A stretch of 64,000 nucleotides of DNA from Patescibacteria group bacterium (GCA_041737355.1 JBGSRW010000008.1:24466-88465), one strand, 5' to 3'; counted from the first letter of the stretch, positions 40,920 to 50,096 are shown. A program made the numbers and translations. The notes: a model not told the origin generated them from the sequence alone.

Positions 40920-42401
40920 ATGGCGTATGAACCCGGAAAAATAGCGAAAAATACGATATACCTGACGATTGCCACAGTCGGACAGAAAGTCCTGGCTTTT
41001 TTGTATTTTATAATGATTGCTCGCCTCGCCGGAGTTGAAGGCACGGGCAAGTATTTTTTCGTTGTTTCCTTTACGACGATTTTTTCTATTTTTGTAGATC
41101 TCGGACTATCCTCGGTTCTCATTCGTGAAACAGCCAAAAACAGGGAAGTGGCCGGAAAATATTTGGGAAATATCTTAGGGGCTAAATTGATTCTTGGCGT
41201 TTTTACTTATCTGGCGGTTGTTTTGACAATCAATATAATGGACTATCCGTCAGCGACTAAATTGATGGTTTATCTTTCCGGTATCGTTATGTTATTAGAT
41301 TCGTTTAATGTAACTTTTTACGCCATTTTCCGCGGCCGGCAGAATTTGCGTTACGAATCGGTCGGAGTTGTCGCGAGTGAAGCTTTAATTATAATTTTCG
41401 GCGCCGCGAGTTTATTTCTTCACGCGCCTTTATATTTTTTGCTTCTTGCCCTGATGTCGGGAAGCATTTTTAATTTCTGTTTTTCTCTGATTTTACTTTT
41501 TAAAAAAACCGACGTCCGGCCACATTTTTCTTGGGATAAAAGTATTTTGATGACGTTGTTTAAAATCGCTTATCCCTTCGCCTTGGCCGGTCTCTTCGTG
41601 AAAATTTATTCTTATCTCGATTCGGTGCTGCTTTCAAAAATGGTTGGCGACACGGCGGTCGGTTTTTGGAGCGTGGCTTATAAACTCACTTATTCTTTTC
41701 AATTTATCCCTATGGCTTTTGCCGCGGCGATGTTCCCGGCTATGAGCGCCTATTTTTGCTACGACAAAAGCCGGCTGAAACAGACTTTCGAGCGGGCGAC
41801 TTTTTATCTGGCTCTTTTGGCTGTTCCTATCGCTTTTGGGATTTTTTCCCTGGCAAGACCGATCGTTCTGACTCTTTACGGATCAGATTACCTATCTTCG
41901 GTTTTACCGCTCCGGGTTGCCGTTTTTACCGTAATTTTTATCTTTTTGAATTATCCGGTGGGCTCGCTCCTTAACGCCTGCGACAGGCAAATGACGAACA
42001 CTCTGATCATGGGGGCGAGCATGGTCTTGAATATTATTTTGAATCTTGTTCTGATTCCGCGTTTAAGTTTTGTCGGGGCGGCAGTTTCCACTCTTGTTTC
42101 CCATTCGTTTCTCTATATTTTGGGGATGATTTTTGCCAATAAGATTGTGGTTTACGGGAAAAGTTTTATTTTTGGATCGTTGGCTAAAATAATTTTTTCA
42201 GCCAGTTTGATGAGCGCATTAATTATATTTTTGAATAAATTTATTTCTTTCTGGTTTTTGGTTCCAATTGGCGGGGCGGTTTACTTCGGATTTCTTTATA
42301 TTTTGCGGGGTATTAGTAAAGAAGATTTCTCGGGAATTTTAAAGTCTTTGAAGAAAAAGCCGGCCGCGGAAATGATCGAAGGAGAAAAGGAAAAAGTATG
42401 A
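40920..42401 (+). CDS. MOP-superfamily polysaccharide/oligosaccharide flippase (Wzx-like)
   Basis: 493 aa with about 12-14 TM segments and the N-terminal pattern typical of polysaccharide biosynthesis protein families. Confidence 0.75.
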   Translation: MAYEPGKIAKNTIYLTIATVGQKVLAFLYFIMIARLAGVEGTGKYFFVVSFTTIFSIFVDLGLSSVLIRETAKNREVAGKYLGNILGAKLILGVFTYLAVVLTINIMDYPSATKLMVYLSGIVMLLDSFNVTFYAIFRGRQNLRYESVGVVASEALIIIFGAASLFLHAPLYFLLLALMSGSIFNFCFSLILLFKKTDVRPHFSWDKSILMTLFKIAYPFALAGLFVKIYSYLDSVLLSKMVGDTAVGFWSVAYKLTYSFQFIPMAFAAAMFPAMSAYFCYDKSRLKQTFERATFYLALLAVPIAFGIFSLARPIVLTLYGSDYLSSVLPLRVAVFTVIFIFLNYPVGSLLNACDRQMTNTLIMGASMVLNIILNLVLIPRLSFVGAAVSTLVSHSFLYILGMIFANKIVVYGKSFIFGSLAKIIFSASLMSALIIFLNKFISFWFLVPIGGAVYFGFLYILRGISKEDFSGILKSLKKKPAAEMIEGEKEKV

Positions 42402-43528
42402 AAAAATTATTAATTGCGACAATAGAATTCCCGCCGCAAAGAGGGGGTGTGGCAAATTACTTGGCTGGATTAGCTGGGGCGCTGCCGTGCGATAAAGTGG
42501 CGGTTTTAGCGCCCAAAGCGGTTGGTGTTGAACAATCCGACAATGCCAGGCCTTATAAAATTTATAGAAAAAATTTGATAAGCCGTTTGCCATTTATTTG
42601 GCCAAGATGGTTGCCGTTATTTTTTCATCTTTGGCGGACAGCGCGCCGTGAAAAAGTTGAAGCGATTTTTGCCGGACAGGTTTTGCCTGTCGGCACGGCA
42701 GCGTATTTGCTCAATAAGATTTTTGTTTTGCGATATTTTATTTCCTGTCACGGTATGGATATTTTAACCGCCGCCGGGTCGCCACGCAAGAAAAAGTTGA
42801 TGAATAAAATTTTTGAACAAGCATCGGGTATCATAGCGAACAGTGAATTTACAAAAAAAGAACTTATAAAAATAGGTATTCCGGAAAATAAAATCACGAT
42901 TATCTATCCCTGTCCCGGCGAAGAAGAGGGGATTGGCCAAGAAAAAGTTGAGGAAATTAGAAAAAAACTTGGTTTAGCCGATAAAAAAATAATCCTTACC
43001 GTCGGCCGGCTTGTGGCGAGAAAGGGGCACGACAGACTAATCGAGGCGATACCGCAAATTTTGGCGCGCGTACCAAACGTGATTTACGTTATAATCGGCG
43101 ATGGTCCGGAACGGGAAAGGTTGCAAGCCATAAGTTCCAAATTACAAATTGAAAATAATATTTTATTTACCGGAGAAATTTCAGAAGCTAAAAAGACGGC
43201 GTTTTATCAGCTCTGTGACGTTTTTGCCATGATTCCTCGCCAGATCGGACAGGACGTGGAAGGTTTTGGTACGGTCTATCTAGAAGCAAACCATTTTGGC
43301 AAACCGGTTATTGCCGGCCGAAGCGGCGGCGTAGCCGAAGCGGTACTTAATGGAGTTACGGGATTAGTTGTTGATCCGGAAAATACAGATCAGGTTGTCG
43401 AAGCAGTTATTAAATTATTGATAGATAAAGAATTGGCTAATAAATTTGGAGAACAGGGAAAAACAAGGATTGAAAAAGAATTTAATTGGAAAACACAGAC
43501 AGCAAAATTGGAAAAGCTGATTGGTTAA
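42398..43528 (+). CDS. GT4-family glycosyltransferase
   Basis: 376 aa with the C-terminal GT-B pattern (...EGFGTVYLEANHFGKPVIAGRSGGVAEAV..G.TGLVV). It overlaps the flippase gene by 4 nt. Confidence 0.85.
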   Translation: MKKLLIATIEFPPQRGGVANYLAGLAGALPCDKVAVLAPKAVGVEQSDNARPYKIYRKNLISRLPFIWPRWLPLFFHLWRTARREKVEAIFAGQVLPVGTAAYLLNKIFVLRYFISCHGMDILTAAGSPRKKKLMNKIFEQASGIIANSEFTKKELIKIGIPENKITIIYPCPGEEEGIGQEKVEEIRKKLGLADKKIILTVGRLVARKGHDRLIEAIPQILARVPNVIYVIIGDGPERERLQAISSKLQIENNILFTGEISEAKKTAFYQLCDVFAMIPRQIGQDVEGFGTVYLEANHFGKPVIAGRSGGVAEAVLNGVTGLVVDPENTDQVVEAVIKLLIDKELANKFGEQGKTRIEKEFNWKTQTAKLEKLIG

Positions 43529-43544
43529 TTAGTAATTAAATAAA

Positions 43545-43578
43545 ATAAAAAACCTCCCTGCGTTTGGGAGATTTTTTA
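43545..43578. terminator. bidirectional terminator between convergent genes
   Basis: CTCCC/GGGAG stem flanked by an A-run upstream and a T-run downstream. Confidence 0.5.
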
Positions 43579-43587
43579 TTTATAAAG

Positions 43588-44540
43588 TTAGCCTTTGATA
43601 ATCAGGAAGGCAACGTAAGCAATATAGATAAAAATAAAGAGCACGCCCTGCCATCGTTCAAGCAGCTTTTTTTTGCCAATAAACATAAAAGCAAAGAGAG
43701 CTAAACTTGCAGCGATGGTCATGAGAATATCGATATTGTTGCTTATACTGAAAGGAAGAGGCCGGATAATCGAGCTTACTCCAAGAATCAGAAAAATATT
43801 AAAAATATTTGAACCGACAATATTTCCGACCGCGATGTCGGCATTCTTTTTGTAAGCGGCGACTGCCGAGGTGGCCAGTTCCGGAAGCGAGGTCCCAGCC
43901 GCGACAATTGTCAGGCCGATTAACGATTCGCTGACGCCTAATGAGATTGCAAGCTGTACTGCGCCATCAACAATCCATTTTCCTCCTAAGACTAGACATG
44001 TTACACCAAGCCCAATAAGCAATAACGATTTTTGAATCGATATTTCTTTTATTGGCACCTCTTCTTCGTCGCCGCCCTTGGATATGCCGTAAATATACCA
44101 CATGAAAATAGCGAAGAATGCCAAAAGCATCAGGCCGTCGATTCTCGTTATGGCTGATGAATTAGCGTGATCTATCAGGGCGTCGTTGGCCATAAGGCCG
44201 ATAGTAATTGCCGCCAGGAGGGAAAGGGGAATTTCTTTCCAAACGGTATTTTTTTGACGGCGAGGGGAAAGATAATAGCCGAAATGCCGAGAATTAGGAA
44301 GATATTAAAAATGTTGCTGCCCAGGATGTTACCGATGGCGATGTCCGTCCGTCCCTGGGCGCTCGCGAAAATATTAACGACCATTTCCGGAGCTGAAGTC
44401 CCGAAAGCGACAATTGTTAGGCCGATCACAATAACTGGAATTTTTAATTTTTTAGCTAGAGACGAGGCTCCGTCAACCAGCCAATCCGCGCCCCTGATCA
44501 GGATTCCGAAACCGACAATAAAAAGCAGATAAGTGAGCAT
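43588..44540 (-). pseudogene. Ca2+/cation antiporter (CaCA/YrbG family) interrupted by a frameshift in an A7 tract
   Basis: Two overlapping ORFs (44175-44540 and 43588-44193) each carry an alpha-repeat (GTSAPEMVV, GTSLPELATS). The frames rejoin if one A is added to the A7 run at 44249-44255 (FPLAVKK|NTVWKEIPLSLLAAITIG). Confidence 0.75.
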
Positions 44541-44555
44541 AGTTAAGATTATTTA

Positions 44556-45503
44556 TTATTTCTTTTTAGCAAAATAAATATCCGCTTCAATCATTTTATC
44601 ATCCTTGAAAAAATGATGTGTGAAATAAACATTTCCTTCGTTGTCGGTTGAAGCTTCTCCCGCCAGGGGGGAGAACATCAATTCAGGCTTTTGCCATTCT
44701 CCGTTATTTTTTTTCGATCTCCATATTCCGTAGTCTCTTGTAATCCAAAGTTCGCTGTTGTCGGGGCTTAGGGCCGGATAACCGTCATCTCTTTCGGTAT
44801 TAACAGCCGAGACATTGGCGGGCTCTTGCCATTCTCCGTTTACTTTTTTTGACATCCAAATATCCCTGCCCCCCTTTCCACCGGCCTTGTTATCCGCGTG
44901 AAAATATAATTCCTGGCCGTCGCTTGATATATGTAACTCTCCCGTTTTGTATTCTTCGGTTTTTAGTTCTTCGTCGGCAATCCTCCAGTTTTGCCATTTC
45001 CCGTTAATATAATCAGCTTTGAACCAATGAATTCCCTCGTACCCCTCTCTAACGGTGCAAAAATACATTAGGTCATTTTGGACAAATTCACAGCCGTCCC
45101 CGTTTGCCTTATTGGCTTTTTGCAAAAGCACTCTTTCTGGTTTTTGCCACTCTCCATTGATTTTTTTTGCAAAATAGATTCCGGTTACGTTATCCGAAAC
45201 TTGTTTTTCGACAGGAACTCTTACGTCCGGAGTGAAAAAGAAATAAAGCGTTTGGCCGTCCGGCATAATAAAAGCTGAATCCTCGGCACCAGCCGTATTG
45301 ACCGGTGAGGGAAGGGGAGCGGGATCTTCGTAATCCGCAGAGAGCGACTTTACCGGAGCGGCGTCGGTTTTGGGAGTCATTTTGACCGCTTCGACGGGAA
45401 TTTTACTTTCTCGGGTTGGCAATTCGGTTGGCGTTTGTTCACATCCGGCGCCAAGAGCGGCGACGCTGATTATCGCGGCGCAAAGCGATAAGAGTTTATT
45501 CAT
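44556..45503 (-). CDS. secreted or lipoprotein-like beta-propeller (PD40/TolB-like repeat) protein
   Basis: The signal peptide MNKLLSLCAAIISVAALGAGC precedes a repeated NGEWQKPE-type motif. ATG 45503 is preferred; it overlaps the upstream gene stop. Confidence 0.65.
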   Translation of the reverse strand: MNKLLSLCAAIISVAALGAGCEQTPTELPTRESKIPVEAVKMTPKTDAAPVKSLSADYEDPAPLPSPVNTAGAEDSAFIMPDGQTLYFFFTPDVRVPVEKQVSDNVTGIYFAKKINGEWQKPERVLLQKANKANGDGCEFVQNDLMYFCTVREGYEGIHWFKADYINGKWQNWRIADEELKTEEYKTGELHISSDGQELYFHADNKAGGKGGRDIWMSKKVNGEWQEPANVSAVNTERDDGYPALSPDNSELWITRDYGIWRSKKNNGEWQKPELMFSPLAGEASTDNEGNVYFTHHFFKDDKMIEADIYFAKKK

Positions 45504-45963
45504 TTTTTGATTTTTCGTATTTATATTTAAATTTATTGAATTCTTCTTCATATGCATCGTCGCTGATTTTTTTAAAACCGGCTCGCTCGTGGGAAACAAT
45601 TGACGGGCGGTTTTTTCTATCGATGGTAGCTATTAATGTGTTTAACCCCTCTTTGCTCATCAGCGCTTCGTAGAATTTTGGCACCAGCTCCTTACCGCGG
45701 TGTTTCGGGTCAATGACAATATGGGTAACATTTTGTTCATCTTCGGTATCGTAAACGCCAACAATGCCAAGTTTTTCTCCATCCTCGCCGATAACCGTGT
45801 GGTACTTCTGGTTTTTGCAGTTTTCCTGGCCAAGAGCAATCCAGCCATCTTCTCCTTCGAGAGTTTTAAAATAGTCCGCATCGAAATCAGCCAGTTCTTC
45901 AACTTTTATTTCTTTTTTTTCTTGCATTTCTATCGTCGGTCCGTTTGCTTCAGGATTTGTCAT
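45496..45963 (-). CDS. GNAT-family N-acetyltransferase
   Basis: 155 aa with a motif-A-like IVIDPKHRGKELVPKFYEAL and a C-terminal ...HERAGFKK. Confidence 0.65.
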   Translation of the reverse strand: MTNPEANGPTIEMQEKKEIKVEELADFDADYFKTLEGEDGWIALGQENCKNQKYHTVIGEDGEKLGIVGVYDTEDEQNVTHIVIDPKHRGKELVPKFYEALMSKEGLNTLIATIDRKNRPSIVSHERAGFKKISDDAYEEEFNKFKYKYEKSKNE

Positions 45964-45964
45964 A

Positions 45965-46345
45965 TTATTTGATTTTTAGAAATGACTTAACTTTGGCGAA
46001 TAGAAGGGGATAGGTTTTCTTAATTCGCGGAGCGGACAAGACCTTCTTGATTGATACAGCGGTTCCTTTTGGAATGATGACGTTTTTTGGGAATTGGTCG
46101 CTGGTAAAATCAATTTCTTTACCGTTTGGCAGGCGATTCCAGAAGTGGGACATAAACGGCCGTTTTCTGATGACGGCGTAAAGGATTTTTCCGCCAAGTA
46201 ATTTTTGGACAACCGCAGAGGTTACCCGGCATTGGTCGGCGGCAGGATTTTTAGGATTAAACCTTCCGGTCCAGGAAGTTTCTTTGCCCCAAGAGGCCCG
46301 AAGCGCCAGACCAAGTTTTTTTTGATTTATTTTTCCAGAAGCCAT
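45965..46345 (-). CDS. hypothetical protein (YunG-like by recollection)
   Basis: 126 aa with WGKETSW..., QCRVTSAVVQKLLGGKILY and HFWNRLPNGKEIDFTSDQF. Confidence 0.5.
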   Translation of the reverse strand: MASGKINQKKLGLALRASWGKETSWTGRFNPKNPAADQCRVTSAVVQKLLGGKILYAVIRKRPFMSHFWNRLPNGKEIDFTSDQFPKNVIIPKGTAVSIKKVLSAPRIKKTYPLLFAKVKSFLKIK

Positions 46346-46361
46346 TTAAAAATATAATTAA

Positions 46362-46390
46362 TTGACCTTTAAATTTAAATTTGCTATAGT
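46362..46390 (+). promoter_or_regulatory. promoter of the GC-rich RNA gene
   Basis: TTGACC (46362-46367), a 17-nt spacer, TATAGT (46385-46390). Confidence 0.65.
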
Positions 46391-46396
46391 TTAATC

Positions 46397-46651
46397 AACT
46401 TGGAGCAGTCAGACTGGCAAGGGCTGCTCGCGCGCCGCGAAGCATGTTTCGGGCGCCAAGTTCTGCTAACCACCAGTTGCGGGGCTAAGTAGCGACGAGC
46501 GAAAAGCCTGCAATACCGCCCGCAGCGACCCGCTGAACCTCGCGGATCGCGAGCCGAGCATCCCTGCGCACCATGGGTAAAGTCCGACGTCACGTCGACG
46601 CGGTACCGTGGCTGAGCGCGAACTAATGCTCACTGGTGGTTTATTTTTTTT
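46397..46651 (+). ncRNA. unassigned GC-rich structured RNA, about 255 nt
   Basis: It has its own promoter. There is no SD-led ORF longer than 17 aa. A 5' domain is closed by AACTTGG/CCAAGTT (46398-46404 / 46456-46462). A second domain is closed by a 10-bp helix, AACCACCAGT/ACTGGTGGTT (46468-46477 / 46632-46641), followed by T8. Many GC hairpins lie inside (CTCGCG-GAT-CGCGAG, CAGCG-ACC-CGCTG, CGACG-TCA-CGTCG). Confidence 0.6.
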
Positions 46652-46670
46652 GGCTTAATTAAAATTTTTA

Positions 46671-46679
46671 TGTTATGAT
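46671..46679 (+). promoter_or_regulatory. extended -10 promoter (TGTTATGAT) of the helicase gene
   Basis: A TGnTATGAT 43 nt upstream of ATG 46722. Confidence 0.4.
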
Positions 46680-46721
46680 TTCTTAAAGAATTTTAGCAAA
46701 AATCAGGCTAAAAAGCAATTT

Positions 46722-49640
46722 ATGGCCGAGGATTTGTTGAAGGATTTAAACCAGGCGCAAAAGGAGGCGGTATCCCATGAAGAGGGGCCGCTTTTGATTG
46801 TGGCCGGCGCGGGGACAGGGAAAACAACCGTCATCACGCGGCGGCTGGCTTTTTTGATTTTGGAAAAGAAAATAAAGCCGGACGAAGTATTGGCACTCAC
46901 TTTTACGGAAAAGGCGGCCGGAGAAATGGAAGAGCGGGCCGACCAGCTTTTGCCTTACGGTTATGTTGATCTCTGGATTTCAACTTTTCATTCTTTTTGC
47001 GAGCGGATTTTAAAAGACCACGCGATCGAGATCGGTTTGCCGGGTGATTTTAAATTATTAAACCAGACCGGGCAATGGTTGCTCGTGCGCCAGAATCTGG
47101 AAAGGTTCAATCTTGATTATTACCGGCCGCTCGGCAATCCGACAAAATTTATCCATACCCTACTGAAACATTTTAGTCGGGCCAAGGATGAAGAGATCTG
47201 GCCGGAAAATTATCTTGATTACGCGGAAAATTTAAAACTTAATAAAGACAGCGCAATTGCCGAAGACAAAGACCGCCTCCTTGAAGTTGCGAGCGCCTAT
47301 CACGCTTACCAGCAATTGCTTTTGGAAAATAATGCCTTGGATTTTGGCGACCTGATAAATTATACCTTAAAACTTTTTCGTACCCGGCCGGCTATTTTGG
47401 AAAAATACCGGCAAAAGTTTAAGTATATTTTGGTCGACGAATTTCAGGATACCAATTGGGCGCAGTACGAGCTGATTAAAATGCTTGCCGCGCCCAAGAA
47501 CAATTTAACCGTGGTGGGCGACGACGATCAGTCGATTTATAAATTCCGTGGCGCCTCTATTTCCAATATTTTGCAATTTAAAAACGATTATCCGGATTGC
47601 CGAGAAATTATTATCACCGACAATTATCGCAACAAACAGAATATTCTCGATCTGGCTTATAAATTTATCAAACAAAATAACCCCAACCGGCTTGAGGCAA
47701 AATTGGGAATTGTAAAAAAGCTTGAGGCGAAGAGAGGGGGGGAGGGAATTGTTGAACATCTTCACGCCAAGACGGCCGACCAGGAGGCACGTACCGTTGC
47801 CGAAAAGATTTTGGAACTTAAAAAATCCGATAATTCTATAGGCTGGCAGGATTTTGCTATTTTGGTCCGGGCGAATAATCAGGCCGAAGCTTTCATGCAA
47901 GTTCTTGATCAATACGGAATTCCGTATCACTTTCTGGCTTCAGCCGGGCTTTATTCCAAGCCGGTGATTCTGGACATCATCGCTTATTTGAAAATGCTGG
48001 ATAATTATCACGAATCGACCGCGCTTTACAGAATTTTAAATATGCCGCTCGTCGATCTGCCTTATGACGATATTGTCGCCCTGAATTATTCTGTACGAAA
48101 AAAGAATTGGTCGCTGTATGAGGCGATGAAAAACGCCGCGGTGGTCGGAGTTTCCGGGGAAAGTTTGCGGAAAATCAATAAACTTCTCGGATTTGTTGAA
48201 CGGCATACGGGAATTGTCCGCGAACACGGCGTGAGTAAAGTGGTTTTCAAGTTTTTGGAGGATTTTAATTATTTGGCCAGTTTGACTAAAAAAGCGGAAA
48301 AAGACGATTTACGGGCGGTGGAAAAAATAAGTTATATCAATCAATTTTTAAAAAAGATAGATGACTTCGAACGGGTAAATACAGATAAATCCGTTAAAAA
48401 TTTTATTCTTGAACTTGAGATGGCGCTTGAATCCGGAGAGGAGGGATCACTGGCTTCGGAATTCGACGAGGGACCTGAAACCGTAAAAATCCTGACGGTT
48501 CACGGGGCAAAGGGTCTGGAATTCAAATATGTTTTTATTGTTAATCTAGTGGACCTTCGTTTTCCGTCTACCGACCGGAAAGAGCCGATAGAATTGCCGA
48601 ACGCCCTGGTAAAAGAAGTCTTGCCCGAGGGTGATATTCATCTTGAGGAAGAGCGTAGATTATTTTATGTCGCCGTGACTCGTGCTAAGGATGGAATATT
48701 TTTTACTTCGGCGGCCGATTACGGCGGCCAGCGGAAAAAGAAATTGTCCCGCTTCCTGGTCGAGCTTGGATTTGTCGCGCCGGAAATAAAAAATCCGACC
48801 GGCAATGTTTATTTCGACGAGGATACTGCCGTAAAGACAGAGGGCGTGGTCAAAAAAAGAATCTGGATTCCAAGCAAGTTCAGCTTTACCCAGCTTAAGG
48901 CGTTTGAAACCTGTCCGCTGCAATACAAATTCGCCCACGTGTTGGTCGTGCCGACGCGCGGTAAGTTTACTTTCAGTTTTGGGAAAACCATGCACGGGAC
49001 CTTGCAGAAATTTTTCGACCAGATAATTAAAAAAACAAATCATCAGCAGACAAGCTTGTTCGGAGAAGTTCCGGCGGAAGAAACAAACGGGTTATCGGTT
49101 GAAAGTCTTATTAAGCTTTACGATGAAAGCTGGATCGGCGATTGGTATGAAAGCAAAAGCCACGAAGAGGAATATAGGAAACTTGGCCGGGACAAACTCA
49201 AGGAATTTTATAAAATTCACGAAGGCAAATGGCCAAAAACAAAATTCCTAGAAAAGGGATTTAATCTTAAGATAGGGGATTACACGGTGCGTGGCGTGAT
49301 TGACCGGATTGACGAGATTCCCGGCGGCGTAGAAATTGTTGATTATAAAACTGGCAGCGTGCCCAAGGACGAAAAATTTTTGGATAAAGACCAGCTTTTG
49401 ATTTATCAGGCCGCAGCGAGCGAAGTATTGGGCGAAAAGCCGGCTCTTTTGAGTTATTATTATCTTGGAGCAAATCAAAAAATGTCTTTTATCGGCACGG
49501 ATGAGGAAGTCGGGGAAATAAAAGAAAAAATAATTGAAACTATCGAGGAAATTAAAAAAAGCGATTTTTCTCCCAAGCCGAGCTTGTTCAGCTGCAAGAA
49601 TTGCGATTTTAAGGATATTTGCGAACATCGAATCCTCTAA
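46722..49640 (+). CDS. UvrD/PcrA-type helicase fused to a C-terminal PD-(D/E)XK (Cas4/AddB-like) nuclease domain
   Basis: It has Walker A (AGAGTGKTT), DEFQDT and other SF1 motifs. The C-terminal region has ...CPLQYKF..., IDRID...VEIVDYKTG and CKNCDFKDIC (a 1+3 Cys pattern). Confidence 0.85.
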   Translation: MAEDLLKDLNQAQKEAVSHEEGPLLIVAGAGTGKTTVITRRLAFLILEKKIKPDEVLALTFTEKAAGEMEERADQLLPYGYVDLWISTFHSFCERILKDHAIEIGLPGDFKLLNQTGQWLLVRQNLERFNLDYYRPLGNPTKFIHTLLKHFSRAKDEEIWPENYLDYAENLKLNKDSAIAEDKDRLLEVASAYHAYQQLLLENNALDFGDLINYTLKLFRTRPAILEKYRQKFKYILVDEFQDTNWAQYELIKMLAAPKNNLTVVGDDDQSIYKFRGASISNILQFKNDYPDCREIIITDNYRNKQNILDLAYKFIKQNNPNRLEAKLGIVKKLEAKRGGEGIVEHLHAKTADQEARTVAEKILELKKSDNSIGWQDFAILVRANNQAEAFMQVLDQYGIPYHFLASAGLYSKPVILDIIAYLKMLDNYHESTALYRILNMPLVDLPYDDIVALNYSVRKKNWSLYEAMKNAAVVGVSGESLRKINKLLGFVERHTGIVREHGVSKVVFKFLEDFNYLASLTKKAEKDDLRAVEKISYINQFLKKIDDFERVNTDKSVKNFILELEMALESGEEGSLASEFDEGPETVKILTVHGAKGLEFKYVFIVNLVDLRFPSTDRKEPIELPNALVKEVLPEGDIHLEEERRLFYVAVTRAKDGIFFTSAADYGGQRKKKLSRFLVELGFVAPEIKNPTGNVYFDEDTAVKTEGVVKKRIWIPSKFSFTQLKAFETCPLQYKFAHVLVVPTRGKFTFSFGKTMHGTLQKFFDQIIKKTNHQQTSLFGEVPAEETNGLSVESLIKLYDESWIGDWYESKSHEEEYRKLGRDKLKEFYKIHEGKWPKTKFLEKGFNLKIGDYTVRGVIDRIDEIPGGVEIVDYKTGSVPKDEKFLDKDQLLIYQAAASEVLGEKPALLSYYYLGANQKMSFIGTDEEVGEIKEKIIETIEEIKKSDFSPKPSLFSCKNCDFKDICEHRIL

Positions 49641-49646
49641 AACAAT

Positions 49647-49943
49647 ATGTCATTCACTCCGCTCAGAAGTATTTTAGCCCAGAACGTCCGCGAGGCGGGA
49701 ATCGGCCACCAGGTTTTAGCCGCCCGGATAATTGAAACATTCAATCAAATTATTGAAGAAACTTTCGGATTGGGATTTTCAAAAAAAGCCAAGGCCATGT
49801 CTTTGCGCAGCAAGACTTTGGCTGTTAGTTGTCTTTCCTCGGTTATTGCTCAGGAAATCTATCTGAAACGCAATAAAATTATCAGGGAGTTGAACCGGCG
49901 GGTCGGCGGGGAAGCAGTAGAGGCGCTAAAATTTAAGATGTAG
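49647..49943 (+). CDS. DUF721/DciA-like small protein
   Basis: 98 aa. The pattern ...AKAMSLRSKTLAVSCLSSVIAQEIYLKRNKIIRELNRRVG resembles DUF721. Assignment is from memory. Confidence 0.5.
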   Translation: MSFTPLRSILAQNVREAGIGHQVLAARIIETFNQIIEETFGLGFSKKAKAMSLRSKTLAVSCLSSVIAQEIYLKRNKIIRELNRRVGGEAVEALKFKM

Positions 49944-49949
49944 AAAGGG

Positions 49950-49978
49950 TTGACAAAGAGTCAAAAATATGTTAGATT
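49950..49978 (+). promoter_or_regulatory. promoter with an extended -10
   Basis: TTGACA (49950-49955), a 17-nt spacer, TAGATT (49973-49978), with TG at 49970-49971. Confidence 0.55.
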
Positions 49979-50096
49979 TATATAAGGCATAATTAAGTGC
50001 CAAAAAGTCTTTTTTAACTTAAAATAACACTAATTGTCACGCCGGCTCGATCTTCGCTATAAGCGATTTTCAGGCCAAAATGTGACTTATAAAATT

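Noticed and set aside
46397-46651. The GC-rich RNA as RNase P RNA, tmRNA or SRP RNA.
   Set aside because: GGGTAAAGTCCGAC resembles RNase P CR-I, but no complementary P4 3' strand (..GUCGGACUU..) or ACAGAA motif follows, and 255 nt is short for RNase P. It has no tRNA-like acceptor/T-arm 3' end or tag ORF ending in a hydrophobic tail, so it is not a tmRNA. It has no GGAA tetraloop or AGCA symmetric-loop motif, so it is not SRP. It is left unassigned rather than forced.
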